Shown in pieces: positions 56,137-64,000 of a stretch of DNA of 64,000 nucleotides. Source of the DNA: a virus; IMG/VR virus record IMGVR_UViG_3300023245_000013; one strand, given 5' to 3'. The notes under the pieces were generated by a model, which did not search any database, had not been told where the DNA came from, and saw only the letters and a program-made list of their open reading frames with translations. The first letter of the stretch is position 1, and every line of letters starts with the position of its first letter. Made by a program: the position numbers and the translations under genes.

Positions 56137-58818
56137 TTGAATAACGAACAATTTTCCCCAGGGGCACATGATACGCTTGCAAGAGCACAGCGTCAAGCAA
56201 TGTCATTCTCTCACAAACAAGTTGAGCCAATACACGTTTTACGTGCTATACTGGTTGAACAAGATAATTTGGTTGCAATTATCCTAGATAAAGTAAACGA
56301 AGACAGCGGTAAGACATATACCATCGAAGAGATGAACACGTTGTCAAAGACTTTCTTAGAGAACACCAAAGTTGTTCAGTACGAAGGTCGTCCAGAGATG
56401 TCTGAGGTGATGAATCAACTTCTGGTAATAGCAATTGGGTTTGGAGAAAACGAACAAGGTGGAGAACAACTCTGCCAACCAAAACACTTGCTTCGAGCAT
56501 TTTTCCGTGTGAACTCCACTGCCACAAATGTACTTATCTCGATGGATATCGAAGAGAAGCACCTCGATTCAGCGCTTGAAGATATTCAAGGTGAGAATGA
56601 ATTCATCGCAGAAGGAGGAGAAAGCAAAACTCCCAACTTGGATGCATACGCCGTCAACTTAAACGAACGTGCGGAGCAAAACAAGCTTGACCCAGTTATT
56701 GGGCGAGACACGGAAATGCGTCGTGCCCTTCACATCCTTTCAAAACGCACCAAGAACAATCCAATTTTGATTGGAGAGGCAGGAGTTGGTAAAACAGCTA
56801 TTGTTGAAGGATTGGCACAAAGAATATTTAGCGGAGATGTCCCAGTCAATATGAAAGGGTGCACTTTGTTCTCTCTTGACATGGCTTCTCTAATTGCAGG
56901 GGCTTCATTTAAAGGAGAATTTGAACAACGTCTTAAAGGTGTTATCAAAGAAGTTGAGGACTCTAACAAAGAGTTCATTTTGTTCATTGACGAGATTCAC
57001 ACAATCTTGGACGCAGGTTCAGGTGGTGGAGCTTTGAGTGCAGGAGAGCTTTTGAAGCCCGCTTTGGCTCGTGGAGAAATGGCAACGGTTGGAGCAACAA
57101 CTCTGAACGAGTACCAGAAACACATCGAGAAAGATTCAGCTTTGGAGCGTAGATTTCAAAAAGTAATGGTCGAAGAACCAACTCCTGGAACAACAGTTGC
57201 AATATTACGCGGTCTTCAAAGTAGGTATGAAAACTTTCACAAGGTTCAGTTTTCAGATGATGCCTTGATTGCGGCAGTGAAGATGTCGGACAGATACATT
57301 ACCGATAGAAACCTTCCAGACAAAGCAATCGACCTGATTGATGAAGCTGCATCTAAAATTCGTTTGGAGATTAACTCCAAGCCAGAAGTGCTGGATGAAG
57401 TTGACAGAGAAATCACACAAATTCGAATTGAGCTCGCAGCAATGGGCTCAGATTCAAATGCATCTGAGAAGCGCAAGCGAGAGATGCTCGACAAATTGTC
57501 TGAGCTAATTGAGACGCAAGAAGATTTGAATGCGAAGTGGCTTCGTGAAAAGAAGTACATTGACGAGATTCAAGAACTCAAGCGAGCCCAAGAAGAATTG
57601 TCTTTCCAGGCGGAGCAGTTCACAAAGAACTCAGACCTTGAAGGAGCTGCAAAGCTCCTTCACGGTGAGTTGCCAGAGAACGAAAAGCAACAAGCAGTAG
57701 CTAGAGAGAAACTGATTGAGATTCAATCTCACCACAAGCTTCTAAAAGAAGTTGTGACTGAGTTAGAGATTGCAGAAGTTGTTTCGGCTTGGACTGGAAT
57801 TCCAGTCTCGAAAATGACAAAGAGTGATAATGAGAAACTTCTTTACATTGAAGATGAATTGCAAAAGCGAGTTATCGGACAAATAGAGGCTGTATCAGAA
57901 GTTGCGAAGTCAATCCGAGTGAATCGTGTCCCAGGTATTGGTGACCCAAAGAAGCCTATTGGTTCATTTCTATTCTTGGGAACAACGGGAGTTGGAAAAA
58001 CAGAGTTGGCAAAAGCGCTTGCTGAGTACCTATTTGATGACGAAACTCACATGATTCGAATTGACATGTCTGAGTACCAAGAGAAGCACACTGTTTCTCG
58101 ACTTGTAGGTTCGCCTCCAGGGTATATTGGATATGACGAAGGAGGTCAATTGACGGAGCCAGTCCGAAAGCGCCCATACAATGTTGTGTTGTTGGACGAG
58201 ATTGAGAAGGCTCACCCAGATGTGTTGAACGTGCTTCTGCAGGTTCTAGACGATGGACGTCTAACAGACAACAAAGGACGATTGGTGAACTTTAAGAACA
58301 CCATCATCATCATGACTTCAAACATTGGGTCCAGAGTTATCCAAGATGAATTCGAGGATTCAGGAAACGTAATAACGCCAGAGCTTGTCAAAGCAATCAA
58401 CGAGGACGTTATGGAAGAACTCAAGCAAACAATGCGCCCTGAGCTTCTTAACCGACTTGACGAGGTTGTTATTTTCAACCCGCTCGACCAAACCGCAATT
58501 AACCAGATTGTTGAATTGCAACTCAAATCTTTCAGAAAGAACATGGAAGAGGAAGAGTACGAGTTGAACTGGACCGCAGAGGCAGTGGAGTTGCTTGGAA
58601 TAAAAGGCTACGACCCACAGTTTGGAGCGAGACCAGTTAAAAGAGCGATTACGGAACTTGTCCGTGAGCCATTGAGTTTTGAGATTCTAGGCGGTAACGT
58701 TGGGAAGAAAACACCAATCCTTATCGGAAGAAAAGGAGAAGAGTTGTCTTTCAAAAACGAGAAGACTTTGAAGCCTAAGAAAGAGGTGAAAGAAATAAAA
58801 ACAGAAGTAGAAGCATGA
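56137..58818 (+). CDS. clpB: chaperone ClpB
   Basis: Clp-N repeats, [15 protein letters not shown]-domain [11 protein letters not shown]...[33 protein letters not shown]; TTG start. Confidence 0.92.
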   Translation: MNNEQFSPGAHDTLARAQRQAMSFSHKQVEPIHVLRAILVEQDNLVAIILDKVNEDSGKTYTIEEMNTLSKTFLENTKVVQYEGRPEMSEVMNQLLVIAIGFGENEQGGEQLCQPKHLLRAFFRVNSTATNVLISMDIEEKHLDSALEDIQGENEFIAEGGESKTPNLDAYAVNLNERAEQNKLDPVIGRDTEMRRALHILSKRTKNNPILIGEAGVGKTAIVEGLAQRIFSGDVPVNMKGCTLFSLDMASLIAGASFKGEFEQRLKGVIKEVEDSNKEFILFIDEIHTILDAGSGGGALSAGELLKPALARGEMATVGATTLNEYQKHIEKDSALERRFQKVMVEEPTPGTTVAILRGLQSRYENFHKVQFSDDALIAAVKMSDRYITDRNLPDKAIDLIDEAASKIRLEINSKPEVLDEVDREITQIRIELAAMGSDSNASEKRKREMLDKLSELIETQEDLNAKWLREKKYIDEIQELKRAQEELSFQAEQFTKNSDLEGAAKLLHGELPENEKQQAVAREKLIEIQSHHKLLKEVVTELEIAEVVSAWTGIPVSKMTKSDNEKLLYIEDELQKRVIGQIEAVSEVAKSIRVNRVPGIGDPKKPIGSFLFLGTTGVGKTELAKALAEYLFDDETHMIRIDMSEYQEKHTVSRLVGSPPGYIGYDEGGQLTEPVRKRPYNVVLLDEIEKAHPDVLNVLLQVLDDGRLTDNKGRLVNFKNTIIIMTSNIGSRVIQDEFEDSGNVITPELVKAINEDVMEELKQTMRPELLNRLDEVVIFNPLDQTAINQIVELQLKSFRKNMEEEEYELNWTAEAVELLGIKGYDPQFGARPVKRAITELVREPLSFEILGGNVGKKTPILIGRKGEELSFKNEKTLKPKKEVKEIKTEVEA

Positions 58819-59666
58819 GAATCTACGTAACAGACTTTGCAGGGAACGCCCACTTTAAAGGTGGCGGTGGAACGCAGATAGATACATCAAAAGAAGAGTT
58901 CGCCACACAGGTGAACTCTCTTTTGGATTCAGGTAAGGCCACAGTAAAACCTTCTCTGTATCCTTTTTGCAAGTACATCATCGTTCCTAATTTCACAACT
59001 GCGAAGCCTGGCACGGTTGAAATAACTCAAGACAATCAGAAGTATCTCCGTTGCGCCTGGAAGGCTAGACGAGAAGGAGAGCTTCCGTTCCTGTCTAAAA
59101 ATCTTTTGTTGCCACACAACTACAAACTGCCCACAGCCACTCATTTGGTTGTTATCGTTTACAGTCGTGAGCAATTAGAGAAAGAAGAGTCTGATTTTGA
59201 GACTGGAGAAACTGTCGCATCTGACTTTGGAGTGGTTGCCATCCAGGCAAACATGTATCCAGACGTAGAGCTAATGACTCCAGCCACAATGATTCGAAAC
59301 GCAATGGGCAAAGAGCTCGGAGGCAATGGAGAAGACATCGTGCAGGAGTACATTTTGGAGTCAGAAAAGTTCTGGGCCACTCACGCATCTGCAATGCTTC
59401 AAAAGCAACACCCAGAGTACATCGATAGATTTCAAGGTTCTGCTGAACAATTAGCAGAGGACATTGGAAATTTAAGGTATGATGCCTTATCGGAGTTCCT
59501 AGGCAAGCTTAGCACAAAGCTCAAGACGGATGCTAAAGCAGATGCCAAAGCAGGAAAGAAACTGCTGTCGGAGTTTCTTTCCAGAATGGGTGACGACATA
59601 AATAACGCAAAGTTTCAGAGCGATTCGGCATGGTTGATTAGTGAGCCACACATGAACCAAAAGTAA
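58815..59666 (+). CDS. DUF3228-like protein with C-terminal extension
   Basis: FCKYIIVPNFT, ARREGELPFL, IVYSREQL, MTPATMIRNAMGKELGGNG. Confidence 0.7.
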   Translation: MRIYVTDFAGNAHFKGGGGTQIDTSKEEFATQVNSLLDSGKATVKPSLYPFCKYIIVPNFTTAKPGTVEITQDNQKYLRCAWKARREGELPFLSKNLLLPHNYKLPTATHLVVIVYSREQLEKEESDFETGETVASDFGVVAIQANMYPDVELMTPATMIRNAMGKELGGNGEDIVQEYILESEKFWATHASAMLQKQHPEYIDRFQGSAEQLAEDIGNLRYDALSEFLGKLSTKLKTDAKADAKAGKKLLSEFLSRMGDDINNAKFQSDSAWLISEPHMNQK

Positions 59667-59678
59667 TATACTGTAACA

Positions 59679-59966
59679 ATGGATATCGATAAAAGCAAGC
59701 TTACCTTCACGGGCAGCATGAACTACATACTTCAAATTTTCTCTGAGAAGGATTCAGAGCAAGTAATTGTTGACCAATATCAACCTCGAAAGAATAAGGT
59801 CTGGACTGGCGAGATGACGAAAGAGGAATTAAAACCTCAAGTCGAAGAAACTATTGAGAGAATGAAGATAGCAATGATGCATCTTCAGGAGTATCTAGAC
59901 GGGAAGCGAGAAACAGTGTACTACTGGGAGTTCAAAGATGAGCAGCACACCCCTAAAGGTGAATGA
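59679..59966 (+). CDS. hypothetical protein
   Basis: 95-aa ORF. Confidence 0.55.
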   Translation: MDIDKSKLTFTGSMNYILQIFSEKDSEQVIVDQYQPRKNKVWTGEMTKEELKPQVEETIERMKIAMMHLQEYLDGKRETVYYWEFKDEQHTPKGE

Positions 59967-59998
59967 AACCTTATTTATAATCCTACGTATATTTAAGC

Positions 59999-60412
59999 AT
60001 GGAAAACTACACTCAAGAAGAAGCTCAAAACATCCTGAACCAGATTAGTTTCGCACCATCTGGAATCCAAATGCACGAAACAGGAAAACCTCAGTTCGAG
60101 ATACAGAAGACAGACGACATATTCTTGCTGAGATGTAGATTCTGGAGACCAGACACTTTAACTGGGGAAATGGGCACTGGCTTTGGCCGAGACTACACAG
60201 CTCCACTAGATACTAGCGAAAAAGGCTTAGTGATGACAGCGTGGCTTGCTTTCGAGCAAATCGTTAAGCATGAGATGATGGAGTCCTTTTTATATAAAGG
60301 AGTTCGCTTATTTAATCCACACAAATCACTAGAAGAACTTGCATATCCAGAGACAATACCAGACAAAAAGCGCTCGTGGTTCAAGAGACAGCTTAGGAAA
60401 ATCTCCGAATAA
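59999..60412 (+). CDS. hypothetical protein
   Basis: Behind promoter motif at 59965. Confidence 0.6.
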   Translation: MENYTQEEAQNILNQISFAPSGIQMHETGKPQFEIQKTDDIFLLRCRFWRPDTLTGEMGTGFGRDYTAPLDTSEKGLVMTAWLAFEQIVKHEMMESFLYKGVRLFNPHKSLEELAYPETIPDKKRSWFKRQLRKISE

Positions 60413-60539
60413 ACAGTTTACTTTACCCCTAAAATGAAGCACTTTTTACCAAAGACATATTTTTTTGAAAAAAACTTTTACTTTTAAAATGCTAACTATC
60501 ATTGAATTACATAATAAATTGAAAATAAACGAGAAAAAA

Positions 60540-60572
60540 CTTGTGAGTTCTAAGTAATCTTTCTATTTTTGC
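60540..60572 (+). promoter_or_regulatory. Bacteroidota-type promoter for the Pro/Asp/Ala/Tyr tRNA operon
   Basis: TATTTTTG box with upstream TTG. Confidence 0.6.
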
Positions 60573-60634
60573 CTCGTATTTATTACCAAGAGCAACTCTT
60601 TTGAGAAGCACTTTTAAAAAACAAAACACATTCA

Positions 60635-60760
60635 ATGTTCAACTTTACAGACATAGCGATTTCAAACCAACCGATGCCGATGGCAGCGACTGGCTGTGCG
60701 CCCGATTATAGCGGGAGCAAGCAGAATGACCTGGTTATGTCTAAACTGAACAACAGTTGA
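60635..60760 (+). CDS. leader peptide MFNFTDIAISNQPMPMAATGCAPDYSGSKQNDLVMSKLNNS
   Basis: A-rich upstream region; contains the antiterminator segment; followed by a terminator. Confidence 0.7.
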   Translation: MFNFTDIAISNQPMPMAATGCAPDYSGSKQNDLVMSKLNNS

Positions 60761-60831
60761 TGTAGAGACATAAACCATTAGGGAAAACCCCCAGGTCATT
60801 CAATCAAACGAATGACCTGGGGGTTTTTTTT
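60724..60831 (+). promoter_or_regulatory. transcription attenuator
   Basis: Terminator CCCCCAGGTCATTC/GAATGACCTGGGGG plus T8; leader GAATGACCTGG (60724-34) duplicates the 3' arm. Confidence 0.8.
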
Positions 60832-60877
60832 GTTTCTGGACTCAACGGAGCCAGAAGATTAATTGAAATATTAATAT

Positions 60878-60951
60878 CGGGAGGAAGTGCAGTCAGGTAG
60901 CACGGGGCATTTGGGATGCTCAGGTCGAGGGTTCAAATCCCTCTCTCCCGA
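60878..60951 (+). tRNA. tRNA-Pro(UGG)
   Basis: GGGCA-TTTGGGA-TGCTC. Confidence 0.9.
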
Positions 60952-61104
60952 CACAAAGTGTTAGTTTACAAGAGTTTCTAGTAAATGTCCACACGAGTAG
61001 GAGTTTTTGAAAACAATAAGAGTTCTTTGACATATTGATAATAAAGTTAATTAAAAAACCCAAGATATTACACCGATGTAATCGTCATAATATCTTGGGA
61101 AAAT

Positions 61105-61178
61105 GGTGGCGCATCATATTGGCGCATGTTGCCTCCCTGTCACGGAGGAGATTGAGGATTCGAATTCCTTCGTCACCG
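61105..61178 (+). tRNA. tRNA-Asp(GUC) copy 1
   Basis: CCTCC-CTGTCAC-GGAGG. Confidence 0.8.
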
Positions 61179-61208
61179 CTTTGGTGCATTAAAGTACCAC
61201 AATTTATT

Positions 61209-61330
61209 ATGGGGAGGAATAATTAATACTTTTTCGCTTTTTACCTGGCAACAGTGTTGATAGAAAGAGTTACTTCGAAAATTAGTATCATAAACTATAA
61301 TTGCAGATTAAGACCTGCCCTCCCCACCAT
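61209..61330 (+). ncRNA. GAGUUACUUC motif RNA copy 4, circularly permuted
   Basis: 3' half (CTTTTTC..TTACCTG), GCAA loop, 5' half (CAGTGTTGATAGAAAGAGTTACTTC), enclosed by GGGGAGG/CCTCCCC. Confidence 0.65.
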
Positions 61331-61341
61331 ATTTAAAAATT

Positions 61342-61409
61342 TTCAGTGTTGAAAGAAGAGTTACTTCGTTATAGGAACATAAAATCACTCTTCTTAGAAT
61401 TACCTGAAA
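61342..61409 (+). ncRNA. GAGUUACUUC motif RNA copy 5
   Basis: TTCAGTGTTGA-AAGAAGAG-TTACTTC-loop-CA-CTCTTCTT-AGAATTACCTGAA. Confidence 0.75.
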
Positions 61410-61413
61410 AAAT

Positions 61414-61487
61414 GGTGGCGCATCATATTGGCGCATGTTGCCTCCCTGTCACGGAGGAGATTGAGGATTCGAATTCCTTCGCTACCG
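61414..61487 (+). tRNA. tRNA-Asp(GUC) copy 2
   Basis: Near-identical to 61105-61178. Confidence 0.8.
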
Positions 61488-61534
61488 CCCTTGGTCATTT
61501 ACGCTTATGACCTTAATAAACAAAAAAACGACAC

Positions 61535-61610
61535 GGTGTGGAGGTGTTGATGGTAACATTTGTCCCTGTCACGGATGAGATTGTGGGTTCGACTCCCATG
61601 CACACCGCCA
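61535..61610 (+). tRNA. tRNA-Asp(GUC)
   Basis: TGTCC-CTGTCAC-GGATG, encoded CCA. Confidence 0.8.
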
Positions 61611-61734
61611 ATTCAATCTTAGGTGCCTTAGGTAGCCGAGTCGCTTCGTCAGCGAAAAAGGACTCACTGAGATGTAGGCGCATTGAGCGTCGCATTAAAG
61701 GCTTGGGGATGACGCCCTGAGATTGATTGTTTAT

Positions 61735-61809
61735 GGGGTTGAAGCATGTGCTGGCTAATGCATCTGTCTGGCAGACAGAAGACCGTGGGTTCAATTCCCA
61801 TCTTCTCCA
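61735..61809 (+). tRNA. tRNA-Ala(GGC), weak acceptor stem
   Basis: TCTGT-CTGGCAG-ACAGA; two U-U mismatches in the acceptor stem. Confidence 0.7.
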
Positions 61810-61902
61810 CAATAAAAGATTAAAGAAAACAGGATATGCGACGAGCGTCTGGTGGGTATTCCCCTCATCAGGTTAAGCCGTTGGGGAACATGTCCTGCTA
61901 AT

Positions 61903-61977
61903 GGGGATGTAGCTCAATTGGCTGAGCGGCTGCCTTGCACGTAGCGTCGTATGTGGGTTCGAGTCCCATCATCTCCA
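61903..61977 (+). tRNA. tRNA-Ala(UGC)
   Basis: GGGGATG/CATCTCC, GCTGC-CTTGCAC-GTAGC. Confidence 0.9.
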
Positions 61978-61980
61978 CAA

Positions 61981-62069
61981 ATTCCAAAACGGTTCGAATC
62001 CGTTGCAGAGAGAAGGCCTCTACTCTGCCCAGTTGTTCGCGACATGCTGGTCCTTGGTTGGTGAGGAAT
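61981..62069 (+). ncRNA. permuted tRNA-like element
   Basis: T arm AACGG-TTCGAAT-CCGTT precedes a loop-closed GCAGAG/CTCTGC stem; enclosed by ATTCC/GGAAT. Confidence 0.45.
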
Positions 62070-62081
62070 CAATTTTTAAAT

Positions 62082-62171
62082 GGGAGTGAGGCAACTATCG
62101 GTTGTGTTGTGCCAGGTTGTAACCCTGGTCCCTCTGGGTAAACGTTGGGGGTTCGAGTCCCTCCACTCTCA
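62082..62171 (+). tRNA. tRNA-Tyr(GUA)
   Basis: CCAGG-TTGTAAC-CCTGG. Confidence 0.85.
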
Positions 62172-62235
62172 CATGGCAGTCATGCCACTTTCTTCGGAAG
62201 TAACCTCAATAGGGGTTGTGAAAAATGACTATTAT

Positions 62236-62326
62236 GGAAGTGAGGTCGACTATCGGTTGTGTCGCACTAGACTGTAAATCTAGTCCCTTTGGGTAAACAA
62301 TGGGGGTTCGAGCCCCTCCGCTTCCA
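62236..62326 (+). tRNA. tRNA-Tyr(GUA)
   Basis: CTAGA-CTGTAAA-TCTAG. Confidence 0.9.
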
Positions 62327-62459
62327 CTTTGATTTCATAAACAAAAGTAACAGTTATGAAATCTTTGTTACTTTTGTAGTCTATTTATAGTAAATTAAAA
62401 ACTTGTGAGTAGAAAAGGAAAGGTTGACCTACAGTCAGTAAGTGATTTTAAAGTCATAG

Positions 62460-62684
62460 AACCAGGTTCAGAAGAAAGAAATCCCAGCTGTTATTAAAAA
62501 TATTGAAGCAAAAGACTTGATTCAAGCTGTAGTTGCAGTCAGAGATTGTAGCAACTCAGCAGCAAGAAGATTGATTTCAGAAGGAGGTGTTCAGGTGGAA
62601 GGAGGTGCGGTAACTGAAAACGGCCCAGTAGAGTCGGGTCAGGTTGTCAAAGTTGGCAAAAGAGAATTCGTTAAGATTTTATAA
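62460..62684 (+). pseudogene. S4 RNA-binding domain resembling the TyrRS C-terminus (no clean start)
   Basis: VQKKEIP...SNSAARRLISEGGVQVEG...VVKVGKREFVKI; in-frame TAG at 62457; upstream GTG 62405 is in another frame. Confidence 0.6.
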
Positions 62685-62687
62685 GTA

Positions 62688-63322
62688 TCAACCCCTCTGA
62701 TTTATTGACCTAATAAGAGCTGTAGAAACACCATTTATTGATTGAATTTGACTCGGAGTTCTTTGGCTTTTAGATTGAATACCAGATATTGGAGCTATTT
62801 CTTGACTATCGGTATAATAAACTTTCAATGCACAACCACGACTTGCAATTGCAATTGGTGTTCCCACAACAGAAGAGACTTCTATGTCAAATCCAAAATC
62901 TGCCTGGTCACCATCTGCCCAAGATAAGCCAGACAAGTCGTTGGGGCCTCCGAGTGTGCCGCCGTAGTAATCGTTCCCACCAACAAAAGTGTTTGTGTAA
63001 AGTATGTTTGAGTATGCTGTTCCATTATACAGGCGAATATTATAAGTTGCCTCTTCATTGGCTCCAGTGGAGCCAGCTGTCCCAATCGCATTAGATGACG
63101 TGCTTCCCGTTAAAACTAATTCTACGCCGTCTATGGTGGCGCCTTCTGGAATCTGAGAGGAATCAAAACAGTTATACCAAGTATTCCGTCTATTAGCTGA
63201 TACAGTAAAGGCAACAGAAGAACCCGCTTGATTTCTGTGTAAACGGATTGCTTGACCCCAAGAACTTGACCTCCCAGGCACAAAATTTGAAAGAGGTCCC
63301 AAAGTTAATGTCTCAGCCATGA
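62688..63322 (-). CDS. hypothetical, probably virion-associated beta-rich protein
   Basis: MAETLTLGP start; G/S/T-rich with IPEGATIDGVEL. Confidence 0.55.
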
Positions 63323-63870
63323 TGGGTATATTTAGGCATGTGATACTCCTTATGGTTAAAGTAATCATTCTGAGGAGGGTTCACATGCAGTGTTTCAAAC
63401 TCTACATTTTTAAACTTATGCTCATTCCAGTCTCTAGGAAGATTGTTCCACCAAGTCACTTTAGCTTGGTCATTGCATATTTTAGGAATCAATTTTTTAA
63501 AACTACTTGCCTTTGCATCAAGGTATGTATCAAAAAACACTCCATCATAAGCCTCAAGAAGCTCTCTATTCTCCCACCAACACCCAGTAATGATTTTAAC
63601 ATTTTCTCTATTATCTGCCCATTCTTCCAATAATGGAATTACTTCTGAATGAATCTCACATATAGTATGCGATTTAATGTGGTGCTGTTGTATAAAATTA
63701 GCTGATATTCCCATGCCAAATCCCATTTCTATTATATCACCTCCGTCTTGACAAACAAAATTTGCCACATGCTGCATGATAGGAGACTCCCATTCATGCA
63801 TAACAATGTTGCCTCCTTCAGTTTGAATGCTCTCTTTGTTAAATAATATTTTTGAGTCTTTATAAATCAT
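63313..63870 (-). CDS. GAMT/Rmt2-like SAM-dependent methyltransferase
   Basis: MHEWESPIM, IIEMGFGMGISA, HTICEIH, YDGVFFDTY. Confidence 0.75.
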   Translation of the reverse strand: MIYKDSKILFNKESIQTEGGNIVMHEWESPIMQHVANFVCQDGGDIIEMGFGMGISANFIQQHHIKSHTICEIHSEVIPLLEEWADNRENVKIITGCWWENRELLEAYDGVFFDTYLDAKASSFKKLIPKICNDQAKVTWWNNLPRDWNEHKFKNVEFETLHVNPPQNDYFNHKEYHMPKYTHHG

Positions 63871-64000
63871 GAAATAACAAAATAATCATGGCTTGGGTTA
63901 AAATAGATACTATAATAAGCGCTTCTGCCAGAAGAAAAGTCCTCTATAAAATGTCCAACCGCCCTAACAACGGCCCCAGATGTTGTTGGTGGAGCAAATG

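Noticed and set aside
1-64000. Genome-wide stop-codon reassignment
   Set aside because: Long genes read cleanly in the standard code and many end in TAA, TAG or TGA; only two local in-frame TAA cases were found.

Overview
Most consistent with a 64-kb segment of a jumbo phage infecting Bacteroidota. Support: dense, mostly + strand short hypothetical ORFs; 17 copies of a phage-type promoter GWAAC-N16-CGTATA; Bacteroidota-type TAnnTTTG promoters ahead of the RNA operons; three tRNA clusters; no core bacterial operons. Recognisable proteins include MscL, M42 peptidase, a RadA-like ATPase, two Clp ATPases, PrsW, Ro60/TROVE, a Pth2-like protein, an RNA ligase, a Mesh1-like HD hydrolase, an ABC/OmpA/PspA-like operon, RmlC, several methyltransferases and GIY-YIG nucleases, and a compact cas3-cas7-cas5-cas6 locus with a 27-repeat array. 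The most unusual content is RNA-level. (1) Two tRNA operons each sit behind a leader-peptide attenuator whose sensing codons match the tRNAs encoded downstream (Trp/Ser/Arg and Pro/Ala/Asp/Tyr). (2) One cluster holds anticodon-less mini-tRNAs, tRNAs with 9-nt anticodon loops and two insertion-containing tRNA-Ile genes, near an ochre-suppressor tRNA and two genes with in-frame TAA. (3) There is a stand-alone mimic of the 23S rRNA L11-binding domain. (4) A GUGUUGA..GAGUUACUUC..UUACC RNA motif occurs five times, three next to Ro60 and one circularly permuted. (5) There is an integron-like attC cassette array with no integrase in the window. Family assignments come from motifs read by eye and from recalled family sequences; no searches were run.
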